From Candidatus Micrarchaeota archaeon (lineage in GTDB: Archaea; Micrarchaeota; Micrarchaeia; Micrarchaeales; Micrarchaeaceae): a stretch of 64,000 nt of DNA. The notes beneath the pieces are model-generated. The model did not search any database and was not told the DNA's origin. It saw only the letters and a program-made list of their open reading frames with translations. The stretch lies in NCBI GenBank assembly GCA_021792775.1, contig JAJYTZ010000001.1, positions 4,965 through 68,964 on the forward strand, in the 5' to 3' direction. Shown here piece by piece: positions 16,934 to 26,476 of this stretch. Made by a program: the position numbers and the translations under genes. The first letter of the stretch is position 1, and every line of letters starts with the position of its first letter.

Positions 16934-18667
16934 ATGGGGATAAACAAGCCTATCTCTGACATTCTCAATCGAATAGCGGACATACTGAGCATAGATGAAG
17001 AAGGAGGCGTGAGGTTTGAGGTAAGAGCCTACAGGCGTGCCGCCATGAGCATAGACTCCCTTGAGGACGATGTCGCAGATATCTATAGAAAAAAGGGCGT
17101 AGAGGGACTTAAGGAGATAGACGGGGTTGGAGAGGGTATATCGAAATCCATAGTCGAGTATATAAAGACCGGAAAGATGAAGAAATACGAAAAGCTAAAA
17201 AAACTCTATCCTGTAGACTTTGAAAACCTTACTAGGATAGAGGGACTTGGACCTAAGAGGGTCGCGCTCCTTTACAGGAGGCTTGGAGTAAAGGATATCA
17301 ATGGGCTTAAGCAGGCTGTAGCTTCACATAAGATAAGTGCCCTTGAGGGTTTCGGCGAAAAGAGCGAATCTCTTATACTTAACGGAATTGCGCGCTTTGA
17401 ATCCAATAAAGGCAGGATCCTTCTCGGAGATGCGATGCCTGAGGCGGAAAGGATAATAAAATTCTTGATAGGGAGCGGATGCGTTAACCGCGCCAGAATA
17501 GCTGGTTCGATACGCAGGATGAGAGAGACTGTAGGGGATATAGACATTCTCGCCACCTCGGACAGTCCTGAAAAGGTGATGGAGTTGTTCTCAGGGATGG
17601 GAGAGGTTGAAAGTGTCATACTCAGCGGGAAGACCAAAACTACCGTGAAGCTGAATATAGGGATAAACTGCGACCTGAGGGTAATAGACGACAAAAGCTT
17701 TGGGGCGGCACTCCAGTATTTTACGGGCAACAAGTTCCATAACGTAAAGCTTAGGACCATCGCGATAAAGAAAGGATTTAAGCTCAACGAGTATGGACTG
17801 TTTGACAAAAAAGGGAGCAACCTTGCAAGCGGAAAGGATGAGGAATGGATATACAGAAGACTGGGAATGGAGCCGATGCCTGCGGAGATGCGAGAGGACA
17901 GAGGAGAGATAGACCTTTCTATAAAAGAGGGAATAAAGGAGCTTGTCTCGCTTGAGGATCTGTTGGGAGATATGCACACTCATACAAAGGAGTCTGATGG
18001 ATCGAACAGTATAGAGGAGATGATTGCAGCTGCCAAGAAAGCTGGACTGAGTTACATAGCAACTACCAACCATACCAAGAGCCTTAAGGTCGCAAACGGA
18101 ATGGACGAGGCAAGGCTGGCCAGCTATTTTGCGCATGTTGATAAACTCAATGATAAGTTGGATGGATTTGCCGTGCTAAAAGGCGCCGAAGTCGACATAC
18201 TCAAGAACGGCAACCTTGATCTCGATTCGAAGGCTCTGAAGGGCCTTGATTGCGCTTTGGGCAGCGTGCACTCCCACTTCAATATGGATAAAGATGCAAT
18301 GACAAAGCGCGTGATAAAGGCGATGGAAAGCGGTATGATACATATTCTTGGGCACCCGACAGGTCGCATACTTCTGGGACGTGAAGGCTATGGCCTTGAT
18401 ATCCATAAGGTTGCCGATGCTGCAGAAGCCAACGGTGTCATAATCGAGATAAATTCCTCACCCGAACGCTTAGACATTAGCGATTCTAACATATTGGATA
18501 TATCGGATTATAAGATAATGTTCGCGATAGACTCTGATGCGCATTCAGTGAACCATTTCGGGAACTTGAGATACGGAGTCGGAACTGCTCGAAGAGGCTG
18601 GCTCGGAAAAGATAGGATATTAAACGCGCTTGAGCTAAATAAGCTTAGGAAGATTTTGAGCAGATGA
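16934..18667 (+). CDS. polX: Family X DNA polymerase with C-terminal PHP domain
   Basis: 577 aa. HhH motifs (IDGVGEGISKSI, IEGLGPKR), nucleotidyltransferase motif GSIRRMRETVGDIDIL, and PHP motifs GDMHTHT...HSH...GHP...DSDAH. Confidence 0.9.
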   Translation: MGINKPISDILNRIADILSIDEEGGVRFEVRAYRRAAMSIDSLEDDVADIYRKKGVEGLKEIDGVGEGISKSIVEYIKTGKMKKYEKLKKLYPVDFENLTRIEGLGPKRVALLYRRLGVKDINGLKQAVASHKISALEGFGEKSESLILNGIARFESNKGRILLGDAMPEAERIIKFLIGSGCVNRARIAGSIRRMRETVGDIDILATSDSPEKVMELFSGMGEVESVILSGKTKTTVKLNIGINCDLRVIDDKSFGAALQYFTGNKFHNVKLRTIAIKKGFKLNEYGLFDKKGSNLASGKDEEWIYRRLGMEPMPAEMREDRGEIDLSIKEGIKELVSLEDLLGDMHTHTKESDGSNSIEEMIAAAKKAGLSYIATTNHTKSLKVANGMDEARLASYFAHVDKLNDKLDGFAVLKGAEVDILKNGNLDLDSKALKGLDCALGSVHSHFNMDKDAMTKRVIKAMESGMIHILGHPTGRILLGREGYGLDIHKVADAAEANGVIIEINSSPERLDISDSNILDISDYKIMFAIDSDAHSVNHFGNLRYGVGTARRGWLGKDRILNALELNKLRKILSR

Positions 18668-18671
18668 TCTT

Positions 18672-19601
18672 TTGGACAATAGAGCAAGAAACATCCTCTT
18701 ACGCGTATATAACAGGGAGATAGCCCATTCCAAGGCAACAGGGAGGATGATGGAGGGGGAGAAGAATCCTGCGATAAAGAGGGTTCTTAGGGATATATCC
18801 ATATTGGAGGGAAGGCACGCCGCGCTATGGGAAAAGGTGCTCGGAAGAAAATCCGGAGCGGAAGACAAAAGAGCGGTCGCTACAGAGATATCGAAGATAA
18901 TGCTCATGCAAAAGCTCCTCGGAACCGCGCTCGCAATAAAGATAGTGGAAAGGACAGAGTTCAACATTTACAGCGATCTGTATGCGCACGGGAACGATGC
19001 AGGGCTCTCAGCCAAGGAGAAAAAGGCAATAGGCAGGATAGAACGCGACGACCTTGAGAGCATGGGGCCTCTCGAGACAAAGATAGTGCAGTACAATAAG
19101 ATACTGAGCAACATAAAGGACGTCATACTTGGGATGAATGATGGGCTTGTGGAGGTTTTGGCTGCGGTGGTGGGGTTTGCGGCCGCACTCCAACTGCCTG
19201 ACCTTGTCATACTTGGAGGGGTTATAGTGGCGATCTCTGGCACTATATCTATGACTGTGGGCGCTTACCTTTCTACCGAAAGCGAAAAAAGCATCAAGGC
19301 AAGAAAGGATGGGTTTTCTGCGCCAAAAGCCAGTGCCGTATATATGGGGATGTTCTATATCTTCGGGGCGATATTTCCCATACTACCTTTCGCCCTTGGC
19401 GCTTACGGCGCGGAAGGGATAGTGCTATCAGTTGCGCTCACATGCGTTGCGCTATCGGTATCTTCGGCGATGATATCTATTTTAAGCGATACTGGAATAA
19501 CGCGAAGGGTTGTCAAGACTCTTATCTTATCTATTGCTGCTGCTTCAGTTACGATACTGCTTGGAACATACGCAAGATACGTTTTGCATTTGGTGATATG
19601 A
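18672..19601 (+). CDS. VIT1/CCC1-family iron/manganese transporter with N-terminal ferritin-like domain
   Basis: 309 aa. ILEGRHAALWEKVLG (ferritin-like) and DVILGMNDGLVEVLAAVVGFAAA plus C-terminal TM helices. Confidence 0.8.
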   Translation: MDNRARNILLRVYNREIAHSKATGRMMEGEKNPAIKRVLRDISILEGRHAALWEKVLGRKSGAEDKRAVATEISKIMLMQKLLGTALAIKIVERTEFNIYSDLYAHGNDAGLSAKEKKAIGRIERDDLESMGPLETKIVQYNKILSNIKDVILGMNDGLVEVLAAVVGFAAALQLPDLVILGGVIVAISGTISMTVGAYLSTESEKSIKARKDGFSAPKASAVYMGMFYIFGAIFPILPFALGAYGAEGIVLSVALTCVALSVSSAMISILSDTGITRRVVKTLILSIAAASVTILLGTYARYVLHLVI

Positions 19602-20356
19602 GCGAGATTAGAAGCGTGTGGATTGTAGTCCCGTTCAGCAATAACGGGAGTGCCCTGTCTGATGCGCTGTATGAGTATTCCAAGCTCTGGAACGACAGGT
19701 CTCTGCATTTTGTCATCGTATCAGATGGAAACGATGATTCAACCTGTGATAAGGTCATGGAGATGGCTCATGATCTTGGGAAGGTCAGACTGCTCAAGAA
19801 TTCAAGAGATCGGGGAAGAGGATCTGCATCGCTCAAGGGAATTTTATATTCGGTAAAAATGTCAAAAAAAGGGGATGCGATAGCGATTCTTGGCCCGGAG
19901 AAGAGATTTGAGATCTCTGAGTTAGAGAGGATGATAAACGCGCTTGAACATGGGAAGTCGGATGGAATTTTATCGAGAAGATATGATTGGAGGAAGAAGC
20001 CCAAAACGATGATGGCCTCTGACTACTTTTTCTCTTTTGCTTACAATAAAATTGCAAATCTGCTTTTCGGATTAGATTATACAGACATCCAATCTCCTGC
20101 CAAGATTTTTAGAAGAGAGGCAATAGATAAGGTCGCAAACAAAATAGTCATAGGCGGGGAGGGCTTCGACCTGAACCTTGCCTACGAGATGAAATTAGCT
20201 GGAGTGAAACTGGAGGAGGTGTATCTCAGGTCCGAACCTGGCAGACGTCATGTAAGATACGATATCGCCATGGATACGATTTTAGACACATTTTGGTATA
20301 GGTTGTACAGGACCGACTTCTATAAGTCCATGAGAGAGCGGATGCACGATTTCTGA
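19598..20356 (+). CDS. Family 2 glycosyltransferase (dolichyl-phosphate sugar synthase-like)
   Basis: Start MSEIRSVWIVVPFSNNG at the ATGA overlap with the preceding stop. VIVSDGNDDSTCD, RDRGRGSA and a DxD-like region. Confidence 0.75.
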   Translation: MSEIRSVWIVVPFSNNGSALSDALYEYSKLWNDRSLHFVIVSDGNDDSTCDKVMEMAHDLGKVRLLKNSRDRGRGSASLKGILYSVKMSKKGDAIAILGPEKRFEISELERMINALEHGKSDGILSRRYDWRKKPKTMMASDYFFSFAYNKIANLLFGLDYTDIQSPAKIFRREAIDKVANKIVIGGEGFDLNLAYEMKLAGVKLEEVYLRSEPGRRHVRYDIAMDTILDTFWYRLYRTDFYKSMRERMHDF

Positions 20357-20435
20357 TCAGCTCGGATAATTTGCCTTAGCCTTCCGCTAATGTTTTTCGA
20401 TCATAAGTAAGAAAATTATTTGCAGCCTAGTTTAA

Positions 20436-20597
20436 CATGGCGATAGATGGCCAGGAAATGAAGGAATATTCTCTGCAGTGAAGAGGGAGTTCGGAGAAAA
20501 TGTTGTCAGCACCCAAAAAGCCAACATGGTCTTCGAGGCAATCCAGAGATTTTGGGCGTATGACATAATATGCAATTACGCCCTCTGTAAAATGTGA
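20436..20597 (+). pseudogene. C-terminal remnant of an IS5-family (DDE_Tnp_1) transposase
   Basis: Hand translation: HGDRWPGNEGIFSAVKREFGENVVSTQKANMVFEAIQRFWAYDIICNYALCKM*. The pattern xE(x)xFSxxKRxFGE...E...K...YNI is the typical IS5 transposase C-terminus. No upstream body is present. Confidence 0.6.
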
Positions 20598-20725
20598 CTT
20601 CTACGACGTAAATGCGAGGGCATAGTTTTATAGAGAATTAGTCAACTGTAAAACTTTACAGCAACCAATAAATATCAGTAAAAGTCCAAAAAGCACATAC
20701 AAAACAGTAATGTAGGGAGGAGGCA

Positions 20726-21535
20726 ATGGAACAAACAATAAACATGAAGGAAATAAAACACCCTAATGCCATTCTGAGAATGCTAAGGCAGGAAGATGAT
20801 CCAAATCCGGATTATATAAAAAAGATATTTGCTACAGAGTTCTACGCGCGGCCTGACAACTATTCTAGGAAAAAGGAGATAATGCAAAGATACGAAAAGT
20901 ACGTAAGTCTCATAAACGGATCGGTGTTAAATCATCTGAAGGTAAAAAAGGCGGACCGCGACAATCAGAAAAAGTTAGGGGAGGTTGTATCTGGAGCGGA
21001 TGAGTATGATATGTTTCGATTTGTAAACTCTTTTCTATATAATGACATAAAGCTAAAATATAATGAGAGTGCCATGCTTTCCTCGCTTACAGAAAACCAA
21101 TTTAACTGCTTTACTGCATCGGTATTGGTATGGGATGCAATGAGGCGGATCGGGAAAGAGACACAAGGGGTGCTGACACAAAATTCCAATTTCCTAACCC
21201 ATATTTTCCTGGCAGGGGACAGTATCGCGCTGGACGTAACAACGAATCAGGTATTTTCAAAGCACAAGATACCCAGAATGTACAAAGGGAACAAAATTGA
21301 AATAATAGATGTGGAGAAGAATATAATTGGAATGGCGTACTGCCAGGCTGCCTCATTACTTGACATACCGCAGGGAAATCCAAGATTAGATGCAAAAAGG
21401 CGAAAAACTTTAGCCGAAATTTCTTTGAAACATGTCCTTCCATCTACGATATCAACATGCGCAAAACTAAATCTAATATTTGCAACTCTATACCCTAATG
21501 TTGTACAGAGGATAAGAAACAATGGAGATAAATAA
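20726..21535 (+). CDS. Hypothetical protein, possibly transglutaminase-like Cys-His-Asp fold
   Basis: 269 aa. NQFNCFTASVLVWDAMRRIG ... THIFLAGDSIALDVT resembles the C...H...D arrangement of transglutaminase-core proteins. Tentative. Confidence 0.4.
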   Translation: MEQTINMKEIKHPNAILRMLRQEDDPNPDYIKKIFATEFYARPDNYSRKKEIMQRYEKYVSLINGSVLNHLKVKKADRDNQKKLGEVVSGADEYDMFRFVNSFLYNDIKLKYNESAMLSSLTENQFNCFTASVLVWDAMRRIGKETQGVLTQNSNFLTHIFLAGDSIALDVTTNQVFSKHKIPRMYKGNKIEIIDVEKNIIGMAYCQAASLLDIPQGNPRLDAKRRKTLAEISLKHVLPSTISTCAKLNLIFATLYPNVVQRIRNNGDK

Positions 21536-21627
21536 GAGGAAGCGAAGCGATCAGTACTCCTTTCCAGTTGAGGAGGCAAAATAATAGAACAAACAAAACA
21601 TGAGAGAGATAGAACATCCAAATGTCA

Positions 21628-21706
21628 TTGTGACATCCCCTACCGCTAAAGCATATGGACTTCCAATACATTTGCAGGGTATGTAAGGGAACAGGCAGAA
21701 CTTTTG
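21628..21706 (+). repeat. Degenerate copy of the tnpB 3'-flank/3'-end sequence (IS remnant)
   Basis: ttgtgacatcccctaccg matches tagtgacatcctccaacg at 14 of 18 positions. Downstream, ttgcagggtatgt matches tttcagggtatgt inside the tnpB 3' end (63.47 kb). It truncates a short paralogue fragment, MREIEHPNVIV (21609-). Confidence 0.4.
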
Positions 21707-23755
21707 TCAGTGATAGTTCGCCTTGAATACGGCAATCCTATCGTTGTCGCTCTGGTTTACCGTGTTGTATATTTCCGTGAAGTTTCGTGAATCTTCAAAC
21801 GCGGTGAAGTTGGCTGGAGCGCACGCTTGCATTGTGTTCTTGCCGGTTATTCTCTCTAGGACTATATAACTTACATTGTATCTTTGCAGGATGGAGGGGG
21901 AGGGGTTCCCGGATTTGAAGAAAGAGCCCATCTGGCTCATTATAGTAAAGGGATTGTAGTTCTTTGATACTATCCCGTCAGTCCCAGAATACACGTATAT
22001 GCTGAGCAGAGTATCCCTGCCGGCAATAGTCGAGAGAAAGTCGAATGTGTAGTTGTAGCAGTTCGACTCAAATACCGCATTGGGGCCGGTATTGTTTATT
22101 ATCCATGCCCCTGCCTTCTGCTCTATTCCCGATATTATATATCCTTGCCCGGAGAATATGTAATATGTGGATGCGACTCCCCCCGCAACTATAAGCAGAA
22201 ACAAAGAGATGGCGGCAGCCGCATACGCTTTCCTCTTGATGCCTCTGCCCCCAGCCTTAAACATGCGCAGTATAAGAACTGACGCGCCTATTGCCAGGAA
22301 GAGAGAGAAGAACAGGATCAGTTTGTTGTTGTCGCCGAAGCTGGGCTGGAACCGATATATGTTCATAAGAAAGAATGTGAAGAGTGCAGGAATGGATGCA
22401 ATCTTTGCTTTTCTTGGCAGGAATGCAATCCCTATAAGGCCTATCGGAAGAAGTATCCCGATCGACCAAAACCAAAATGAGACATGGGCAGCTGCGTTTG
22501 CCAGCATGGAATATCCGCTGGAATACCAGACGTTCTCTTTTAGGATTAAGGCCGCAAAACCGCTTGCCTTGTGCTGGGACTGGATATACAGAATGGACGG
22601 GAGCGCTATCATGAGGCTTGAAGCGCCGTACTGCAGCCAACGATACAAGCTTGCGCGAGGCTCTTTCTCGAACCTTTTCGCCCATTTGAATACCGAATAA
22701 AAGAACGCGAATGCCGAGAATATGAACACGAAGATGAAGCAGAATGGGTTGACAAGCGGTAGAAGTCCGAAGATTGCTCCTACAAAGAGTATGCTTCCTG
22801 CACCGCCCCTGTACTTCTTCTCTCCATCTATGAAGTTCGTGTATACAAAGGTTATAATCAGCAACGCAATAGGAAGACCGAAGAGCAGGTCATGCTGTAT
22901 AATCAGGTTGTTGTAGAAAGGAGTATCGAAGTTGTAATACTGGGAGGTTATCACCGAGAAAGGACCCTTCTTGGTTATCGAATGCAGGGTCTGTAAGGTA
23001 AACCCAGGTAGGCTGATATTGAACGCCCACATCATCAGGAAGTTTAACGCGAGGCTAAAAAATAGGAATATTATGACTGCAACGGGGGCGGCTTTTTTGT
23101 CTTTCCCGAGCGCTACAAAAAACATGATCAGCATAGAGACTAGCGAGAACCAGAGCATAAAGTTTACCGCATAGGTCGATGCGATTATTCCGAACCCGCT
23201 ATACGAGAGCGTCTGCGTGTAGAAATCCCCGATGAATGGAAATACGTTGGTCGCGTTATACAGGTATAAGTAGCGCGGCGGGAAGCCAGAGAAAAGAACT
23301 GATGTGCCAATCCCTATATGGAACATGAAGTCTGTCGCGTAGTTTGAACCTGACCATATCGCGCCCTTTGATGAGTAGACGCCTTGTGCCTGGAAGACCA
23401 TTAGCACAAGCGCGATTGCTATTATCGATACGTAAATCTGTTTCTCCTTGGTGAACTCATCCCTGATGTGTCGTAGCCACCATCCGTCTCTTTTCTTTAT
23501 GATTATTATGACGGATACAACAAGCTCTATTATTGCTACAGCAGGTATAGAAAGAAAGTTGAATCTTCCTGACGGGATACTCAATAAGACCATTAGATAT
23601 GCGGATATTACAAATCCGATGGGTATACCTGACCCTATTATGTATATCTTCTGTTTTAGGCTCTTTGACAGGAACAATTCGGAAAGCGATATCCCGAAGA
23701 TTATGCTGCTTAGGAACATCGTCGCTGCGAAAATCAAACCGACTGCGCTTGTCAT
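21707..23755 (-). CDS. Large polytopic membrane protein, probable GT-C-type glycosyltransferase
   Basis: 682 aa with more than 12 predicted TM helices plus a C-terminal soluble domain. Sits in a cluster with GT2 enzymes. Confidence 0.45.
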   Translation of the reverse strand: MTSAVGLIFAATMFLSSIIFGISLSELFLSKSLKQKIYIIGSGIPIGFVISAYLMVLLSIPSGRFNFLSIPAVAIIELVVSVIIIIKKRDGWWLRHIRDEFTKEKQIYVSIIAIALVLMVFQAQGVYSSKGAIWSGSNYATDFMFHIGIGTSVLFSGFPPRYLYLYNATNVFPFIGDFYTQTLSYSGFGIIASTYAVNFMLWFSLVSMLIMFFVALGKDKKAAPVAVIIFLFFSLALNFLMMWAFNISLPGFTLQTLHSITKKGPFSVITSQYYNFDTPFYNNLIIQHDLLFGLPIALLIITFVYTNFIDGEKKYRGGAGSILFVGAIFGLLPLVNPFCFIFVFIFSAFAFFYSVFKWAKRFEKEPRASLYRWLQYGASSLMIALPSILYIQSQHKASGFAALILKENVWYSSGYSMLANAAAHVSFWFWSIGILLPIGLIGIAFLPRKAKIASIPALFTFFLMNIYRFQPSFGDNNKLILFFSLFLAIGASVLILRMFKAGGRGIKRKAYAAAAISLFLLIVAGGVASTYYIFSGQGYIISGIEQKAGAWIINNTGPNAVFESNCYNYTFDFLSTIAGRDTLLSIYVYSGTDGIVSKNYNPFTIMSQMGSFFKSGNPSPSILQRYNVSYIVLERITGKNTMQACAPANFTAFEDSRNFTEIYNTVNQSDNDRIAVFKANYH

Positions 23756-23772
23756 ACTTGACTTTTGTCCTT

Positions 23773-24564
23773 CTAGTTTTTATATCTCTCGCTGAGCAGT
23801 TTATCCACAATAACTGACTTTATGAAGTAGAGTGGATCGCTTATCTTTACGGTTGATTTTTTCCTCTCGGTAAAATTTACAGGCAGTTCGAATATTCTTC
23901 TACCTTCCTTCTCAGCGAGCAGGATAATCTTTGTGTCGAAGAACCATTTGTCGTCTTTTATCCTGTGCATATTAGATTTTAGGAAATTTGCCCGGAAGAA
24001 CTTGAAACCGCACTGAAAGTCTCCGACTTTAGAGCTGTATGCGCATTGTATCAGCCATATGTATAGCTTGCTCTCTATGTATCGCAATACACTTCTTCTT
24101 GAGATTGCACCTTTCTTGTATCTGTTGCCTATAACTATGTCATACTCGGACATTGCGCGTAAAGCTTTTGGTATGTAGCGCAGGGGCACTCCGAGATCCG
24201 TGTCCATGTAACCGATTATGCCCCCATGTGCTGATGCCGCTCCCACCTTCAGTGCGTGTCCTTTTCCCGACTCTTTTGTCTTGATAAAAATGAATCTGTG
24301 CGTTTTTCGCGCTGCGTTTATTTCCTCGACCGAGGAATCGGTGGATCCGTTCTCGACTATTATTGGTTCAGCGCCCATTCTCTCTAGATAGTTCAGCGTC
24401 TTATCCAGGTTTTTTCTTATCTGTAGCTCCTGGTTATGCACCGGTAATATTACTGAAAGACTCATTCGATGATCTGTGTTTTTTGATAGCATTACAAAGC
24501 CAATATCGATTTGCTGTGACAGCATACCAAATACGACAGATAGATAATTATATATGTCATACAT
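23773..24564 (-). CDS. Family 2 glycosyltransferase (polyprenyl-phosphate sugar synthase-like)
   Basis: LSVILPVHNQE...IIVENGSTDSS...GKGHALKVG...IGYMDTDLGVP are classic GT2 motifs. The true start may be an internal Met. Confidence 0.8.
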   Translation of the reverse strand: MYDIYNYLSVVFGMLSQQIDIGFVMLSKNTDHRMSLSVILPVHNQELQIRKNLDKTLNYLERMGAEPIIVENGSTDSSVEEINAARKTHRFIFIKTKESGKGHALKVGAASAHGGIIGYMDTDLGVPLRYIPKALRAMSEYDIVIGNRYKKGAISRRSVLRYIESKLYIWLIQCAYSSKVGDFQCGFKFFRANFLKSNMHRIKDDKWFFDTKIILLAEKEGRRIFELPVNFTERKKSTVKISDPLYFIKSVIVDKLLSERYKN

Positions 24565-24609
24565 TGTTTGGATTGGATGGGTTGCTCAGTATTGGCTGTT
24601 GTTAGGGAA

Positions 24610-26037
24610 TCAGCCTGCGCATATGTAATTATTTGGTAGGTATACTGATGTGCCGTTGCGCTTAAGCGCAAGAGTAGAACCGTATATCCATTCCGGCATA
24701 CTACTGACGCCCGTGTTGTTGAATATTATTATTGGATAACTGGAAACAGTAGTATTATAGTAGAACGGACTGAACGATATGGTGTTGTAATAATTAAGCC
24801 ATACCCATGCATTAGAAACTACAGCGCATCCTGTTATCCCCAGGCTTTGCATATCGCTTATCGCGCTATAAATCTCGCTGCTTGTGGGCGAACCGGCATT
24901 GACGTAGCTAAGATATAGCGGAGATGCTAAGAATCCCGCAACTGTTATCACAAGGAGTAGGATAGGCAGCAGCCCCTGATTATTGTCGTTTACGTTACGG
25001 GAATGCGTACTTTTACTTTTGCCTATATAGAGACAGACAAGCGCAGCGGCTCCAAAACCCAGTGGGGACATGAACCTCATCTGGTTTGCCAAATTTGGTT
25101 GGTTTGGTAAGACCAGCAGAGACGAGACGATTGCAAGTGCCAGGAATGTAGAGAAGACGAAATAATGCCGTTTATTTCCATCTTTTAACTTATTATACGC
25201 ACTGCCGCTCCGCCTGTTTAACCATACATAGAGTATGAGAGCAAATACCGGATATGCAAAAACGATAAACACAATTGGATTTATGCCGATGTTCACGGAA
25301 TTGAATGCGACGTTCATCTGTGTAGCATAGCTGTATAGGGTACCTCCGAAATAAACCATATTGAAAGCAAGCCATGGGATGGTAACAACCGCAAAGAGCA
25401 GGGACGCGACAATTATTTTCTTGGGCCTCCAGAGGAGAAGCAGCATAGGCAGAAATATCAACGATGTGTACTTGGCGAGACACGCAAGACCTAAGAACAG
25501 GCCGAAATAACTGCTCTTCCTTAGGAGGAACCCGAGGCTGATTACGAGCAGCGCAAAGGTAAGTATGTCTGCCCCGTTGATAAGCATGAAACCCAGCACT
25601 AATGGAGTTATGGTGAGCGCGGCAAACATCGTCCGATCCACATCCATGTATTTCGATACATAAAGCACACTTATGAAGAGAAGGACAAGCGTGAGTATTG
25701 CGTATGCATACACAGCTATTCCCCTATTAACAACAATCAGCGCGGTCATCATGAAATATGAGAGCGGGGCCCTAAAAGGTTCGAAATAGATTCCCTTTGA
25801 TATGACATTGCCATGCACCGCCGCGCTTTTTGCATAGAAGCCCGGGTTAGTGAGCGCAAGGCCGTTTAGATAGTGGACTGCAAAATCCCAACCAATACCG
25901 ACATGTGCGAATAATTCGGCTAAAAAGAAGATGGATACGACAAATAAAATGCCTATGCGGGTTATGGTCAGCTTGTCGGATAGCCATTTTGGCTTGATTG
26001 CGGTACGCATCTCGTTCACTTGTTTCCCATATAACAT
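24610..26037 (-). CDS. Polytopic membrane glycosyltransferase (PMT_2/ArnT-like, GT-C)
   Basis: Trimmed to Met142 (or Met151 at 26010) of the 616-aa track ORF, because the 5' part overlaps the conserved UPF0147 gene on the other strand. LGLACLAKYTSLIFLPMLLLLW is a typical motif. Confidence 0.55.
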   Translation of the reverse strand: MLYGKQVNEMRTAIKPKWLSDKLTITRIGILFVVSIFFLAELFAHVGIGWDFAVHYLNGLALTNPGFYAKSAAVHGNVISKGIYFEPFRAPLSYFMMTALIVVNRGIAVYAYAILTLVLLFISVLYVSKYMDVDRTMFAALTITPLVLGFMLINGADILTFALLVISLGFLLRKSSYFGLFLGLACLAKYTSLIFLPMLLLLWRPKKIIVASLLFAVVTIPWLAFNMVYFGGTLYSYATQMNVAFNSVNIGINPIVFIVFAYPVFALILYVWLNRRSGSAYNKLKDGNKRHYFVFSTFLALAIVSSLLVLPNQPNLANQMRFMSPLGFGAAALVCLYIGKSKSTHSRNVNDNNQGLLPILLLVITVAGFLASPLYLSYVNAGSPTSSEIYSAISDMQSLGITGCAVVSNAWVWLNYYNTISFSPFYYNTTVSSYPIIIFNNTGVSSMPEWIYGSTLALKRNGTSVYLPNNYICAG

Positions 26038-26203
26038 TTTCCGTGTATTCTTATTGATTTGACTGCTTCTTCTTTTTGAAGAGGAGTGACGCGCTTGAAG
26101 ATAGGCATGATGGCCTTTTACTTTATGATTGCATATATTTTTCCCATCCACTTTTATAATAGTCGGTTGCATTAGTATATGATTTTTGTGAGAGGTAGTT
26201 CTT

Positions 26204-26470
26204 ATGACAGGCAAAGAAGAGACAGAACAGAAGATAAGCCAGATAAACGGACAGCTTGAGATGCTGATAAACGACATGAGTGTTCCGAAGAACGTTCGTA
26301 ATGCGATAATACAGGCGAAAGAGAAGCTTAATGTGAGTGGCGAATACAGCGTAAGAGTATCATCAGCGATATACAGCCTTGACTCTGTGAGCAACGATGT
26401 GAATCTTCCGTTGCAGGCAAGGACAATGATATGGAGTGCTTTGAGCATGTTGGAATCCATAAAGGGTTAG
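26204..26470 (+). CDS. UPF0147-family small archaeal protein
   Basis: 88 aa. DMSVPKNVRNAIIQAKEKL...SNDVNLPLQARTMIWSALSMLE matches the UPF0147 signature. Confidence 0.7.
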   Translation: MTGKEETEQKISQINGQLEMLINDMSVPKNVRNAIIQAKEKLNVSGEYSVRVSSAIYSLDSVSNDVNLPLQARTMIWSALSMLESIKG

Positions 26471-26476
26471 GTCTTC

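Noticed and set aside
26038-26460. 5' 141 codons of the 616-aa membrane-protein ORF
   Set aside because: Overlaps the conserved UPF0147 gene on the opposite strand and has non-membrane, Cys/Ser-rich composition. Start moved to Met142/151.
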